Assembly (NCBI GenBank): GCA_002269645.1
Contig: NIVC01000303.1
Coordinates: 1-64,000, forward strand
Length of the DNA: 64,000 nt
Origin: Macrostomum lignano
Taxonomy: Eukaryota
Direction: 5' to 3'
Position 1 is the first letter of the stretch. Every line of letters begins with the position of its first letter. A program made the position numbers and the translations under genes. The notes below the pieces were generated by a model. That model saw only the letters and a program-made list of their open reading frames with translations, ran no database searches and was not told the origin of the DNA. This document shows positions 1-12,200 of this stretch, piece by piece.

Positions 1-799
1 TGGCAAAAACTGCTTGAAAAGTTGCTTTAGTCTGGAAAGGTACACGAGCTTTAAAAACTCGAGCTCAAAATGTCTATGACACCATCTTGAACCAAGCTGT
101 ACATCGGGAACGGATGTGGCGGTATAGACGGGCAGTCAGGAAAAGGGTTAGACCGTCCTAATCCATCAGTCTGAGCCAATCGGGGCGGTTTTGCTGATTG
201 GGCACAAAATCGTGCCATGCAGTCTCGTCATGGTTAAACCTCTCTTGGTTAAACCTTAAAACTTTCCAATACGTTCTGGAGGTCTCCAATCTCTCGCGGA
301 ATCTTCTCAGTACACGCTGAACTTTGCTTCCAATAGATACATGTATTACTGAGAACTCGAATTAGTTAGGTAAATAAGTGTTACTCAACACTACCAGACA
401 GAGAGAAGTTTTGCTAAATATAGTTGAGTGAACCAAAGAATCAAACTTCTCGTACACAGCAACCGGAAACGTATTGTCGTCTATTTTTGTGCAGAGAAAA
501 AGCTCACACCCGGGACATTAGGAAGCCAGACAGTCTAGACTAGAAACAGGATGTTCATTTCTAGAAGAGCTAGCTATCTAGGTTTGGATTCAAACGAAAT
601 AAAAAGTTAAACTGTTGTGAACCTAGATACAAAATTTTTAGCTCTTTTTCCCTAATAGTTCTTAGTTCCAGAAGTGCGCTTCACTGAGCAGACGAACAAA
701 ATTGTTTTTTTAAACTTAATTTTAAAACGTTTTCATATTTGGCTACTGCAGTGATTTTCTTACTCTTAGAGCAAATGTACGAAACATAGAGAATTATTC

Positions 800-3700
800 A
801 TGGATTACTTAGAGGCGCTTCTGTCAAAAAAGTTAAAAAACTTATCTAATCTGATCAAGACCGACGTATTAGCCAAGTGAATCAGGCGCGGTACCAAGGC
901 AACGGCCTTGTTCACGTGCTGCCGCCAGCTCCGACCCGGAACTGACGCGGCTTGCCATCCAGGCCGGGCTGGACCTGGAAGTGCGAAACGACGAAGACAT
1001 GACGGCTGTTCACGTCGCGGTTGCTAGCGGCAATGCCGAAGCGCTGAAGCTGCTGCTGCAGGCCGCAGCGGACCCGAACGCTGTCTACGGCAGAACCGGC
1101 TGGGGTCCCCTGCACCTAGCAGTTCGATCCGCCTCGACTGCCGCCTCCGTACAACTGGAGATGCTGCGCCTGCTGATGAAGAGCGGCGCCGATGCCAGTC
1201 TGACAGATGCGGACGGCAACACGCCGCTGCACCTGGCGGTGGAGGCCAACGCCGACAAGCGAGTCGTTGCTCAACTAGCTGACGCAATGGAGAATCGAGT
1301 CTCATGAGAAACCTTCGCAGCCTGACGCCACTGGAATATGCAGCCATGAACGGCAATCGAAAAGCGATTCAGCAGCTGGTGAAGCGAGGCGCAGTGCCGC
1401 AGATTCGACTGCTGAACCGGTTTGGCTATATTGCCTACGTTGAGGTGTTTCTGGAGATCACCATCAACAAGTTGAGCACTGACTCTGTGGCCACTCTGCT
1501 CAGGCACCCGGATTTTCAGGCGCTGATTAACTACATTGTCTCCTACAAGATCAATGAACCCAATCGGCGCGATGCTCAGAGTGGTCAGTCGACAATTCTG
1601 AGCGATTTGGTTAATTCTCGGTACAACGGTTTGGGCACCTTCAAGAGCCTGCTATTGAACAATATCAATACAAGATTCGCAAATTACCTATCTGACAATG
1701 CCAAGGCTAGAGCAGCCTGGGCTGACCTGGTTATAACCTACGTCCTATTCAGAGAATCCGTATCCCTGATAAGGATGCTAATTGAGGACAAGCTTCTGTT
1801 CTTTCTAACTGACGCTGCAATCCAAGGCCAGCTGCACAATCTGTACAAAGGCAAGTTCAATCGCTACCTACCAAGCTCTTTGTCTCAGAGCTTCGTAGCG
1901 GACGATGGAGCTAGTAAGCAGCAGATTGAGCAGATGCTGCGTCGTTGGCTAAAAAGCAAATCCGGTATCTGTTTGATGAAATTCGGTTTCCCTAGCGAGG
2001 AAGCAGTCTCTATTGGTACTAGGCAGGTGTTTCGAGCGCCAGCCTTTAGCTTGATGACCTGGGCGACTGCGTCCGGTCGCTATCACCTGTTGCCCTATCT
2101 TTTCATAGCCGAAGACACGGACAATATACCTCTCGGACTGTTCAGCATGGCGCTGCTCAATCGTCTTATGCAGGCGCGCAGCTCTGTCGGCACTCTATTC
2201 AGCCAGGATGCGGAGTACTATCGATTAGAGCTCGAAGTTCTCATACACTATCTCATATCCCGGATGTGGCACTTAGACAAGTCGCACGAGAAGTCCAACT
2301 CGGCGCTGTTCCAACTGCAACAGCTGCCCGTGTATGGCGGGGCCAGCATGCTAGACATGACTATGCAAGTTCGATCGTTGAAACTGCTCCAGTTTTCTAG
2401 CACTATCAGCGCTATGAGCCTACTGTGGTATCGCGGCCTGTCTTGGATGTCAAGCTCTCACCGGTTCCTGTTTATAGCTTCATCATTAGGCCTCTGGTTT
2501 GTGCTGCTGATTCCGGTAATTGTGCCGACGTTGGAACGGCTGATTCCAGCGCGGTCGCCCGGCTTACAGTTCCTTAGAGTCGGCCTCCTGCTGTGTCTGC
2601 GTTCATCAATCTTCTGATCGGGCTGGGCCTAGCTGGGCGCTACACCCTTCGAAGAATTGAGAAATTTCGACGAAAAGCATCAGCAGCCGAGAAGGAGCAA
2701 CGACAAAAATTTGGCAGCCTCCTGCTCACTGGAGCGCCCGGCCAACGATGGCAGTTCGACGTCATGGCCGGGGACGCGCCGACGTCGAGCGCCGACTCCG
2801 TGCTGGAGTTTCTACGCACCCCAGCAGTGAAATACCTGGCCTTCTTGCTCACGTACTTAGCCTATGCGCTATTAGGTTTATGGATTGGCACGCGAAGCTT
2901 CCGGTACATCATTTCCGACGCAGAAATCGTCTATTGGATCTTCTTCTTCGGTTTCCTATTGGAGAACGGGCAGCAGTTTGTCCGCGCAAAATTATTTGGC
3001 AGTTGTTTCTATCGGCAGTCAATCTTCTGGGCCATAGTGTCGGTGCTTACCTACCTGTTCGGCTTGACAGCGTTCATCTGGCGAATGGTTTACCACACTG
3101 CTCACCAATTCGAAAACAGGACTGCGACTTCGTTTGAAGCGCGCGAAGTTGCCGACTCAACTTTCCTGGGCGTTCGCTATCTATTCGTGCTGTCCCATTC
3201 GCTAATGTTTATGCAACTCTGGCGATTCTTTCCTCGAGGCCGTGCATCGGGCTGCTAATCCGCATGATTGAAAAACTGATTAGATACTACTTGTGCCAGT
3301 TTGTGCTGCTCATGCTGCTGGTCATGATTCGAGGAGCGTTTATCTTTGGCAGTATTTTGTATCCGCAGGTTAGTACTCTCGCAGCTACCCTTGAAAAAGT
3401 TGATTTTCAAGTAGACAGGCCAGTGAGACGATGCATCGAACAGAATTAATTAGTTTCCTTGTGCACTTAAATGGATTCTTCAGTATACGTGATGCACTCA
3501 TTTGCTAGCATGAATTTAAACTTGAAGTTTGAAAATTTAAATTGCGTATCAAGCAGGATAAAACTCGTAATTCTTGTGTGCAAATAAATGAAAGCAAAAT
3601 TTGAAAAAAAACTTTTCAGGGCTACGCAATGCACGCCAATAATGGCACGGTCACCCAGATGTCCACTCCGATCTACTTTCTAAGAGTGTTCGTGCACTCG

Positions 3701-4234
3701 TACTACTCAATAATGGGTGAATTCCTGTCAGACTATCTGAGTGGATTCGAATGCCAAGGCGACTCGATCTGTCCGGCAACTTACCTGGGCAGCTTTTTGG
3801 TTACAGTATTTCACATGTCCGGATACGCCTTCTACACCACTCTGCTGCTGCTTGGACTTCTCATCTCCTTGGTTACCATCATTGTTGACGAGCTCAACCG
3901 GAATCACATCGCTCACTGGCAGATTGCTCGGTACAACTTTGTGCAAGAGTTGAACTACTATTCTCTGCTTTATCCACCATTCAATGTGCTGCACATCTTA
4001 ATTGAATGGATCGCCATGGCGAACGACTGGAAAGCCGTAGCTCAACTGTACGACCTCGGCCAGGGTTTCTACAGCCAGTCCAGCCTGATCAACAACCTGC
4101 TCAGTCAGGCGTATGTTTTGGAGCGAGATCGAGATCGAATGCTAGCCGAGATCGAGCAACGGCGAGAGCACCGGAACAAAACCAAGATTGATACTGGAAA
4201 CAGTGGACTGCATCGTTGGCGTTGCTGCTTCTAG
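800..4234 (+). CDS. Ankyrin-repeat TRP-family cation channel (about 5 ANK repeats + TRPM-like MHR4, S1-S6, TRP box), about 1060 aa if five single-base deletions are repaired; 2 exons (800-3368, 3620-4234); frameshifted copy or assembly error
   Basis: ATG at 800 (MDYLEALL...). Consecutive ORF pieces in frames 2,1,0,2,1,0 join at about 876, 917, 1300, 2578-2617 and 3230-3255. ANK motifs GNGLVHV, DMTAVHVAV, WGPLHLAV, GNTPLHLAV, LTPLEYAA. TRPM-like SLMTWATASGRY, GGASMLDMT...LLWYRG, FLRTPAVKY, WQIARY...LLYPPFNVL. Phase-0 intron GTTAGT 3369 to TTTTCAG 3619 joins YPQ|GYAM in frame. Confidence 0.85.
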
Positions 4235-4288
4235 GGGAACGCACTGTTGTCTAAAACCTAACACACAGGGAATTAATTTCCACCTATA

Positions 4289-4767
4289 CTCAGCAACAGT
4301 CAAAAGTTCGACAACTTTTCACTCACAATTCAACCCTCAAGTTACGCAACTAAGCCGCCGCGAGAAAGGGAAAGTTAATTGAATCAATAATAAACGTCAG
4401 TCGCACAAAACAAATCATTTTCTATGCAATATACAGTTAGAATCACGATGCTTAATAACGCGTGTGGGATCCCCTCGCACGCAGAAGTGCGGCGACTCGG
4501 CGGGGCATTCCCAGGTTGACACGGCGCAGAAAGTCCTGGGGAAGCTGCTGCCAAGCGTTTTCAATGGCAGGACGCAGCTCCGCAACATTCTATGGTGGAA
4601 TTTATGGTGGATCTCAAATTCTGCGTTTTACGAAGTCCCCGACATCCTCGATGGGATTGGTGTCTGGGGCCCGGAAGTGCAGAGTGCCGTAAGTTGCGTC
4701 ATCGCAAACCCAATAAGTGAGAAAAAGAAATCTCGCTTGGAGGGTGGAACTTTTGACTGTCGCAGAG
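4289..4767 (-). mobile_element. Internally deleted non-autonomous Tc1/mariner element retaining the degenerate transposase C-terminus
   Basis: 24-bp TIRs (CTCAGCAACAGTCAAAAGTTCGAC at 4289; reverse complement of 4744-4767 matches 21/24), flanked by TA at 4287-88 and 4768-69. Minus strand 4670-4452 reads APDTNPIEDVGDFVKRRI*...NVAELRPAIENAWQQLPQDFLRRVNLGMPRRVAALLRARGSHTRY*, matching the Tc1 SPDLNPIE...MPRR...ARGGHTRY tail, with three internal stops. Confidence 0.9.
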
Positions 4768-6200
4768 TATTTATTATTTTTATCAACTGAAAGTCTGTTA
4801 CTTGGTTAAGTTACTTAGTTAATTCTTAGAATTCTCTTGGACAAACTTTTGTTTTAACGAAGCCACGTTTATCACACCGGCTGTCGTGCACCAACGAAAA
4901 ACGAACGCGTACACATGCATACAGTAATACCGTTCAGTAAAACAAAGTTGAATGTTCAAATTCTAATTTAAATCGGTATCAAATTTTATTGAGTTGAAGT
5001 TTACGCAATGATAATAAAAGACTACGAATACATACGACCTGTACGCATATAGATTTTTCAAAATGGCTTCATTAAAATCTAAATGGTCATGAAAATACAT
5101 GTTCATATGCAAAGTATTTTAAAAGTAAAAATGACTCGGAAAAGAGCGACCACTGCAGGGTAGGTTGGTGGGCCTAACATTAACATACCAGATTCATGAG
5201 AATTGTTAAATACTCGTTCGTATATGCATATATAGAGAGTAAAAATAAGCTTAGTTTTTTCATTTGCGATTCTAATGATCTTCACAAGTTTGTTCAACTT
5301 TAAACAAATTAAAAAAAAAATACATGTATTCGCAGACGTTCTTTCGGACGTGTCCATTAAGTTTTTTTACCGATATTATACTCTGATAGCCCATCAAAAA
5401 GCATTTAAGAAAACTTGTTTTTATATTTAATCAATTATTGCTGCATGTGTTTGCCTTTAACTCACGGATTGCCAAAAACCCAAGATTTAGTTTCAGGAGC
5501 GTGGCTAAGCCTATACACACTAGTGTATCAAAATTACGCTCGTATCAAAAAAAAGCAGCAGATAAAGAGAGAGAAAGTAATACAGTGAATTTCTATACTT
5601 ATCGAGTAGGATAATTAGATTTTCTTTTCAACAAAAAAACTCAACATCATGCGATCCGACTAGAAAAGTTAATTTACTCGTGTAGTTTGCAGGAACTGAA
5701 GCAAGTCACGCGTGTCAGGTAGCTACAATACGATTTCTAGCACACTGTAATAAACCAAAATTAACACAATAAATATACTAGCATTACCATCGAAGCACTT
5801 ATCAAATATTAAAATATCACCGCTCATTTCTAGGAAAATACTTTTCGTTCTATGATTAAAACACAAATTTTCGTTGAACATATCTATAAAAAAATATATT
5901 CTAATCTTGGCTATAAAAAGTTAATCTTGGCTTAAGTCAACATTATGGAACTAGTCCCACAAAGCTTGTAGCCAGGGCACGGAGACAATATGGCGCCCCC
6001 TTGCAGTAGCTAAAACTTTGTTTTAGTTGCTGCTAAAATTTAAATTATTTTATAGCTCTTACCTTAAATTTATACAACCAAAAACATCGAAGCCTATTAG
6101 CTTCTCTGAAAGCAACCCATTGCCGCTAGTTTAGTAGCAACTGCAGTTGGTGACAAAAAGGGCAATTATTTGATAACAGAACTCATGGCTATGGTCATAC

Positions 6201-9200
6201 TCAGACAGATCCTTCAGGATAGATAATCCGAGGTGCCAGGCAGCTCCTGTCAGTTGGCTGTGGCGACGCGGGCATGGCCAAACTGCTGCCGCCTCCGCTG
6301 CTGCCAACCCCGCCGAGCTCGATGGATTCTGGCAGCGCGGACATCGGGCTGGGGAGCCCAATGCCTTGGCCGAGAAATGATGATTGCTGCAGCTGTTGAT
6401 GCTGTTGCAGCTGTTGCTGGTGCAGATGATGATGCTGATGGTGCAGCAGCGGATGCAAGGCTTGCAGGTTGGACTGTCGAGACATGGAAGCGGCTGCAGC
6501 CGCCGCGGTGGAGGGGCAGAGAGCGCACGAGAGGTCCTCGTCTGAGCAGCCGCGTCCGCTGTCCGATCGATTGCCGTCGGCGCCGGGTCCAGCTGTGGCC
6601 GCGGCGGCACCGGACGAGGCCGAGGATCCGGTGGCGGTGCCCGAGGAGGCTGGGATCGCCTGGCGGTGCCTGTACAGACTGGCCATGTCTTGGACGATGA
6701 ACGGCCTGCCGCCGCACTGGAAGGTTCAACGGATGATGACGATGCTTGGAATGAATTGAACTTGGAATTGTGGCGTCACTCATTTATAACAAACGTAATC
6801 TCTTTTCAAAGCTGAATATCAAATTACTTTACACAAACTGATAACATGCTACTGATAGCGACTGCAGAACCATGGGTTGTACTTTTTTAGTCATAAAATC
6901 CCGTGTCGATTAACCTAACTAGCAGTTAGGAGTTAGGAGTAGGTTTGGCAGTTTGGAAATGAAGACAATATTTCATTTTTTTGGATTCCTGTTGTGCAGA
7001 ATTCTAAACTTCAAATCGTCCTCGTGCATCGTATTTGCGATGAAGACTCACCCCCATAGTACTGCACAGGTGAGAATGATGCGAGCCAACATCGCAACTG
7101 GCCTCTGTCAGCGGCGTCTCCTGCTCGTAATACCGTTGGTCCTCATCATCCGCGCCTTTGTTTCGGCCTCCAATGCTTGCGACGCCGCCGACACCCCTGC
7201 CGCCGTCCCGGCCACCTCTGCCGGCCCGGTAGGCGAGATCAAACAGGCCACCAGTGCACGACCGATTTATGCAAGCGACGGCTAAGATCAAAGCGACCGC
7301 CAATAGGGCCGATACTGAGGCCAGCGTGATTATAATGACGACGTTGCGTCGAGTGTGTCGCTCTGTCAGACTTGCCGCAGTCTCATCCGACGCGATTGGC
7401 AAAGAGTTGTCGACATCGATGTAGATCACCTGTTGAGAAATTAATTATAGACAAGAATTATAGACAAGCTATCTTCGCACGTTTTGTACTAGTTAGCAGA
7501 CCATGCAAAATCGTCAGAAGTTTGGTATTAAGCAACTTTATTTGCGTTGATGAAGTTATAGTGACCTATTTAGAGTTAGAGTCAGGGGGCTGTGTCCACA
7601 TTGGTGCACTTAAACCGACATTGTCGGTTTGCAGTCACCCAGGTCCCTCTCCCTGGGTGACTGCAATGGTAAAATGTCTATGGTCAAATCCTTCCATAGA
7701 GATACAGGATATTCTATAAAATATGGAAACATTCTAGTACGAGCGTATGGCTTAGCTCCAATTCACTATCTTAAATACGAAATCCAGAGACAAGCTTATG
7801 AATCCAAGGTGTAAAATAGACGCTCTTTCTTATCATTGGCTACTGCTAGCAACAACGCCCCTTTCCCTAAACCCCTAGGAATATAGAAAATCTGGAAATC
7901 TCTGGATACTATTTTTTCTAGAACATACACACGAGCTCGGGACACTCTAGTGCAATGACTTCGACAACATCGTCCCACAACCAGCGCTGACTCCTGAGCA
8001 CATACAAGCGCGCCAATACTGTTTGCAGGCACGATTTTCTAATCGTCAGGCATGTAAACTCGCTGCACGACACACCCCACGGCCAATTCAATGCAAAAAA
8101 ATTGAACCCGCGGTCGAGAGTCAGACGTTTTAACCTTTAATGTTGTCTGTTGTCTCTCCTATTCCTGCTTATTTTAATGCTCAATAGCTCACCCTGATAT
8201 CGCTCCAGTTGTGTCGTCCGCCGCCAACCACTTTGGCTATGATGGTATGCCTTCTCAGGTCCACAATGCCCAGCTCCCCGGCTACCCGAATGTCTCCGCT
8301 GCTCGAATCGATGCTGAACCTGGGCGGAAACGTCTCCGGCGCGATCAACTTGTACACCATGCGAGCATTCGCGCCGACATCCGGGTCAAAGGCGCGCACT
8401 CGAATTACTAGCGCATTCTTCGGATGCGTGTAGATGCTGATGCGCACCGAGGTGCCATTTTCGGCTGGCAAAGAAATCCTTGGCGGCTCGTCGTCCTCGT
8501 CAATGATCGTCACGACGACTTCCGCGTCAGTGTGTCGGGCCAGGCCGCCGGGTCCTTGGTCGGTGGCGCGGACGCGAAGCCGATGCTCGGGGCACTCCTC
8601 GCGATCGAAGCTCACTAGGGTGTAGAGAGATCCGTCCTGGTCCAAGCGAAAGCTGGACGCCGTCGGACTCGACAGTAAAGTGAAGGTCATTCGAGCGTTT
8701 TCACCTGTGTTTTTGGCAGGTTGAGAAAAACGAGTCTGATATATTAGTAACAACTGTCTGTACTCTTTGACATCTGATACGCTTGCTTTATTGCATGCGC
8801 TAATTCGAACAATGTACTCCTACAGTACAGGACAGTACTTGAAGTTTACTTAACATTCTTACGTGCAGAAATCAAATTTTAGAGTTTCTTGAGACATAAA
8901 TCTATAAGCTCACATGAATATCATTTGATTGTTTCTATTTGTCCCATTTGAGACAAACTAATCGAAGGATGAAGAAATAATAAAGATTAGTTAATGGTTT
9001 AGTGTACATGTAATAACAGCTTTTTTGCTTGACATGCAAAAATTTCAGAAAAATTTCAGATTTGTCCACCAAAAGACAGGGAACACCATCAAGAGACAGG
9101 GACGCCCACCAAGAGACAGGGACGCCCACCAAGAGACAGGAGAGCCTACTACTAAGAGATAGGAGCGCCCACTAAGAGACAGGGACACCCACCAAGAGAT

Positions 9201-12200
9201 AGGGACACCCACCAAAAAGACAGGGACACCCACCAAGAGACAGGGACACCCCCAAAGAGACAGCGACACCCACCAAGAGACAGGGACACCCACCAAAAAG
9301 ACAGGTACACCCACCAAGAGACAGGGACGCCCACCAAGAGACAGGAATGCCCACCAAGAGACAGGAATGCCCACCGAGAGCAGGGGCGCCCACCAAGAGA
9401 CACGAGAGCCCACTACTAAGAGACAGGAGCGCCCACTAATAGACAGGGACACCCACCAAGAGATAAGGACACCCACCAAAAAGACAGGGACGCCCATCAA
9501 AAGACAGGGACACCCACCAAGAGACAGGGACGCCCACCAAGAGACAGGAATGCCCACCAAGAGACAGGGACACCCTCCAAGAGATAGGGACACCCACCAA
9601 AAAGACAGGGGCGCCCACCAAGAGACAGGGACACCCACCAAAGAGACAGGGACGCCCACCAAGAGACAGGGGCGCCCACCAAGAGACAGGGACACCCACA
9701 AAAGAGACAGGGATGCTCACCAAGAGACAGGGGCGCCCACCAAGAGACAGGGACACTCACCAAAGAGACAGGGATACCCACCAAGAGACAAGATACTAAA
9801 TGTTGGCGTTCCTTAGGTTTGCAACCCTCCAATTCAAATTCCTTAGGTAGGCGGTCTTCAGTCTTGAAGTTAAACCCTGATAAAACACAAAGGTATAATT
9901 GTCTGCGATTTTGTCTATTTTTGCTCCCTAAAAATCCTTTAAAAATCAGTATGCTCATGCAAGCTACTAAATTAAAAGTAGCGTGAAGGAGCTTTGCTAT
10001 CCGAACACGAATGAACAATAATAAATAGCGTTAGATATTTTGTGCCCAACTCATCGTCCCCAGCTCTCAGCCGTCTTTTCCCACCATAGAAAGTTTAGAA
10101 TAGTGCAGCTGAAACTCACCCAAATCAGCGTCTCTCGCCGTCAATTGGCCCAGCTGTATCAACGCTTCGCTATTCTCTACAATAGAAAAGTGTCGAGCTC
10201 CGTAAAACTCCGGCGCATGATCGTTCGTGTCCAGTATCGACACCTTCACTGTGGCGGTCGTCGACATTGCCGGATTTCCGGCGTCAGCCGCCTCAACCAG
10301 CAGCTCGTATTTGTCGACGGACTCTCTATCCAGCAGGCTGGTGGTGGTCAAGCGGCCTGACGTCGGGTCCACCGCGAATGACACCTCCGAGGAGCTGCTA
10401 ATTAGGCGATAGGTAATCCGGGCGTTCTCTCCTTCGTCTGCGTCCGTCGCCCATACATTGACGACTTCAACGCCTGGTCGACGATTTTCTTCCACTTGAG
10501 CAGCGATGCAACCGTAGCGATCCGCGTCTTTGAATACGGGAGCATTGTCGTTGATATCTGTCACCTGAACGAGCGCCGTGTAGGTGCTTGTCAGGCTCGG
10601 ATCTCCGGCGTCCCAGCAGGTCAGAGTACCGGTGACTCTCGGCTCGACCTCTCGGTCTATGGCTCTTTGAATCGCAATTTTGTAAACACCTGAAAATTCT
10701 ACACTAGTAAATTGCAGAGCTGCTTGCTCTGAGTTGGCCGCACCGCGACAGGTCCACTGACCTCCGGGGCCAGTGTCTGGGTCCGACACGGAGACGAATC
10801 TCGGCGAAGCATCCCCGGGCAGTTCGTTCTCAGTTACGTAAAACGGCTTCGTGTCCGACTCTCGGTACCGGGGCGGGTTGTCGTTGCGGTCCAGCACTCT
10901 CAGGTGCACGGGCGCAGTGTCGTCAAAGTTACCATCGAATACGCGAACGGAGAACCGAAGTTCGGTTATTTTCTCATAGTCAAGAGGCTCCTCAGTCGTC
11001 AGCAGGCTGCCGTCGTCAGTTACGCGCAGGTGGCGACGTACATCCTCGGATGCTTCGGTCGGATCGAGACTGTAGCTGAGATTGTAGTGCAGGTCAAGAT
11101 CGTCGGCTGTGAGCTGCGGATATTCATAAGCAAAGTTTTCTATTGGATTTTCTCGTATGTTTAGAAACGTAAAAGGCATTGTTGCGGCACACCCACTCTC
11201 GGCCTAATCATATGCAGAAACGGCAATGTTAAAGACTGCAATAATTTCATAAATTAATTTAGTCCGGTGCGCTATAGATCATACTGGCTAGCGGGGTAGC
11301 TGATAGCCATAAGCCTTTGCTAAGCTAACCAACTCCCAATGATTGATCGATGATAACTGAGGATTTAGCTACCTGGCTCTCATCGTTTGCGATATATCCC
11401 ATTCCTATCTATCCAAATTGCCAATTATCGCTTCGCCAGATCTTCCGTTCTGTTCCCCAATGCAAGTCTTCATCTCTTTTCGTCTCTCCTCATCTCAAAA
11501 ACTGCTGCGTGTAGAATCTATTTTTTAGTGGCGGTGAGACAGAGAGCTATTGGACTAGCTCTTCGCAATTATGTTTTACGTGCCTGATTGGCTGACTCGC
11601 GAAATTATATTATTATATTAGACTAGAGGAAGGACGTGGCAGAAGAGGCTAGTTGATAAAAAAACTTAACTACTATATAAGGCGACTTATGGTGGCCGGT
11701 CTTACTGATGATGTTTTGACTTCCACATATGAGACCAGCTTGGGCTAGCCGACACGCGAGCAAGCCTCAGAGCCCAGAGCCCAAATGGCACGACGAAGGA
11801 AGGAAAGGGCCGGACTGAGAGAGATTTTAGAAGTTTGCGAGACGTGAATTCCGACTGGTATAACCCACCCCGCTCCCTGCCGCCGGCTAGCTGAGGGCAA
11901 GCACTGGACTGAGTTGGACCAACTGACTGGCTGATGATGTAGAACGCGTCGCGGAGGCTGGGATTGCTCCATCTCGCCTGTCTAACGGTAGAAAAATATA
12001 ACTTTAACCGGCCTGCCTTCCACTGGGGCCTACCAAACTGTAGTTCACCTGACCCCCTTACTCCCCAACCCACCTACGCCTCGCTCCCAGCAGTGGAGCG
12101 CCATTGTGGAAACTGTCTCGGTAGCTTCTGTCAAAACCGCCCCCGGCCCTCATCGTCCTGCCCACCTCACCTGCATTTCCAACTGGCTGCAGAGAGGGGT

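Noticed and set aside
11702-12073. Possible RT remnant (LRDAFY...VVPFGL)
   Set aside because: Motif spacing of about 55 aa is too long for LTR-type RT and no YxDD follows; may still be decayed TE sequence.
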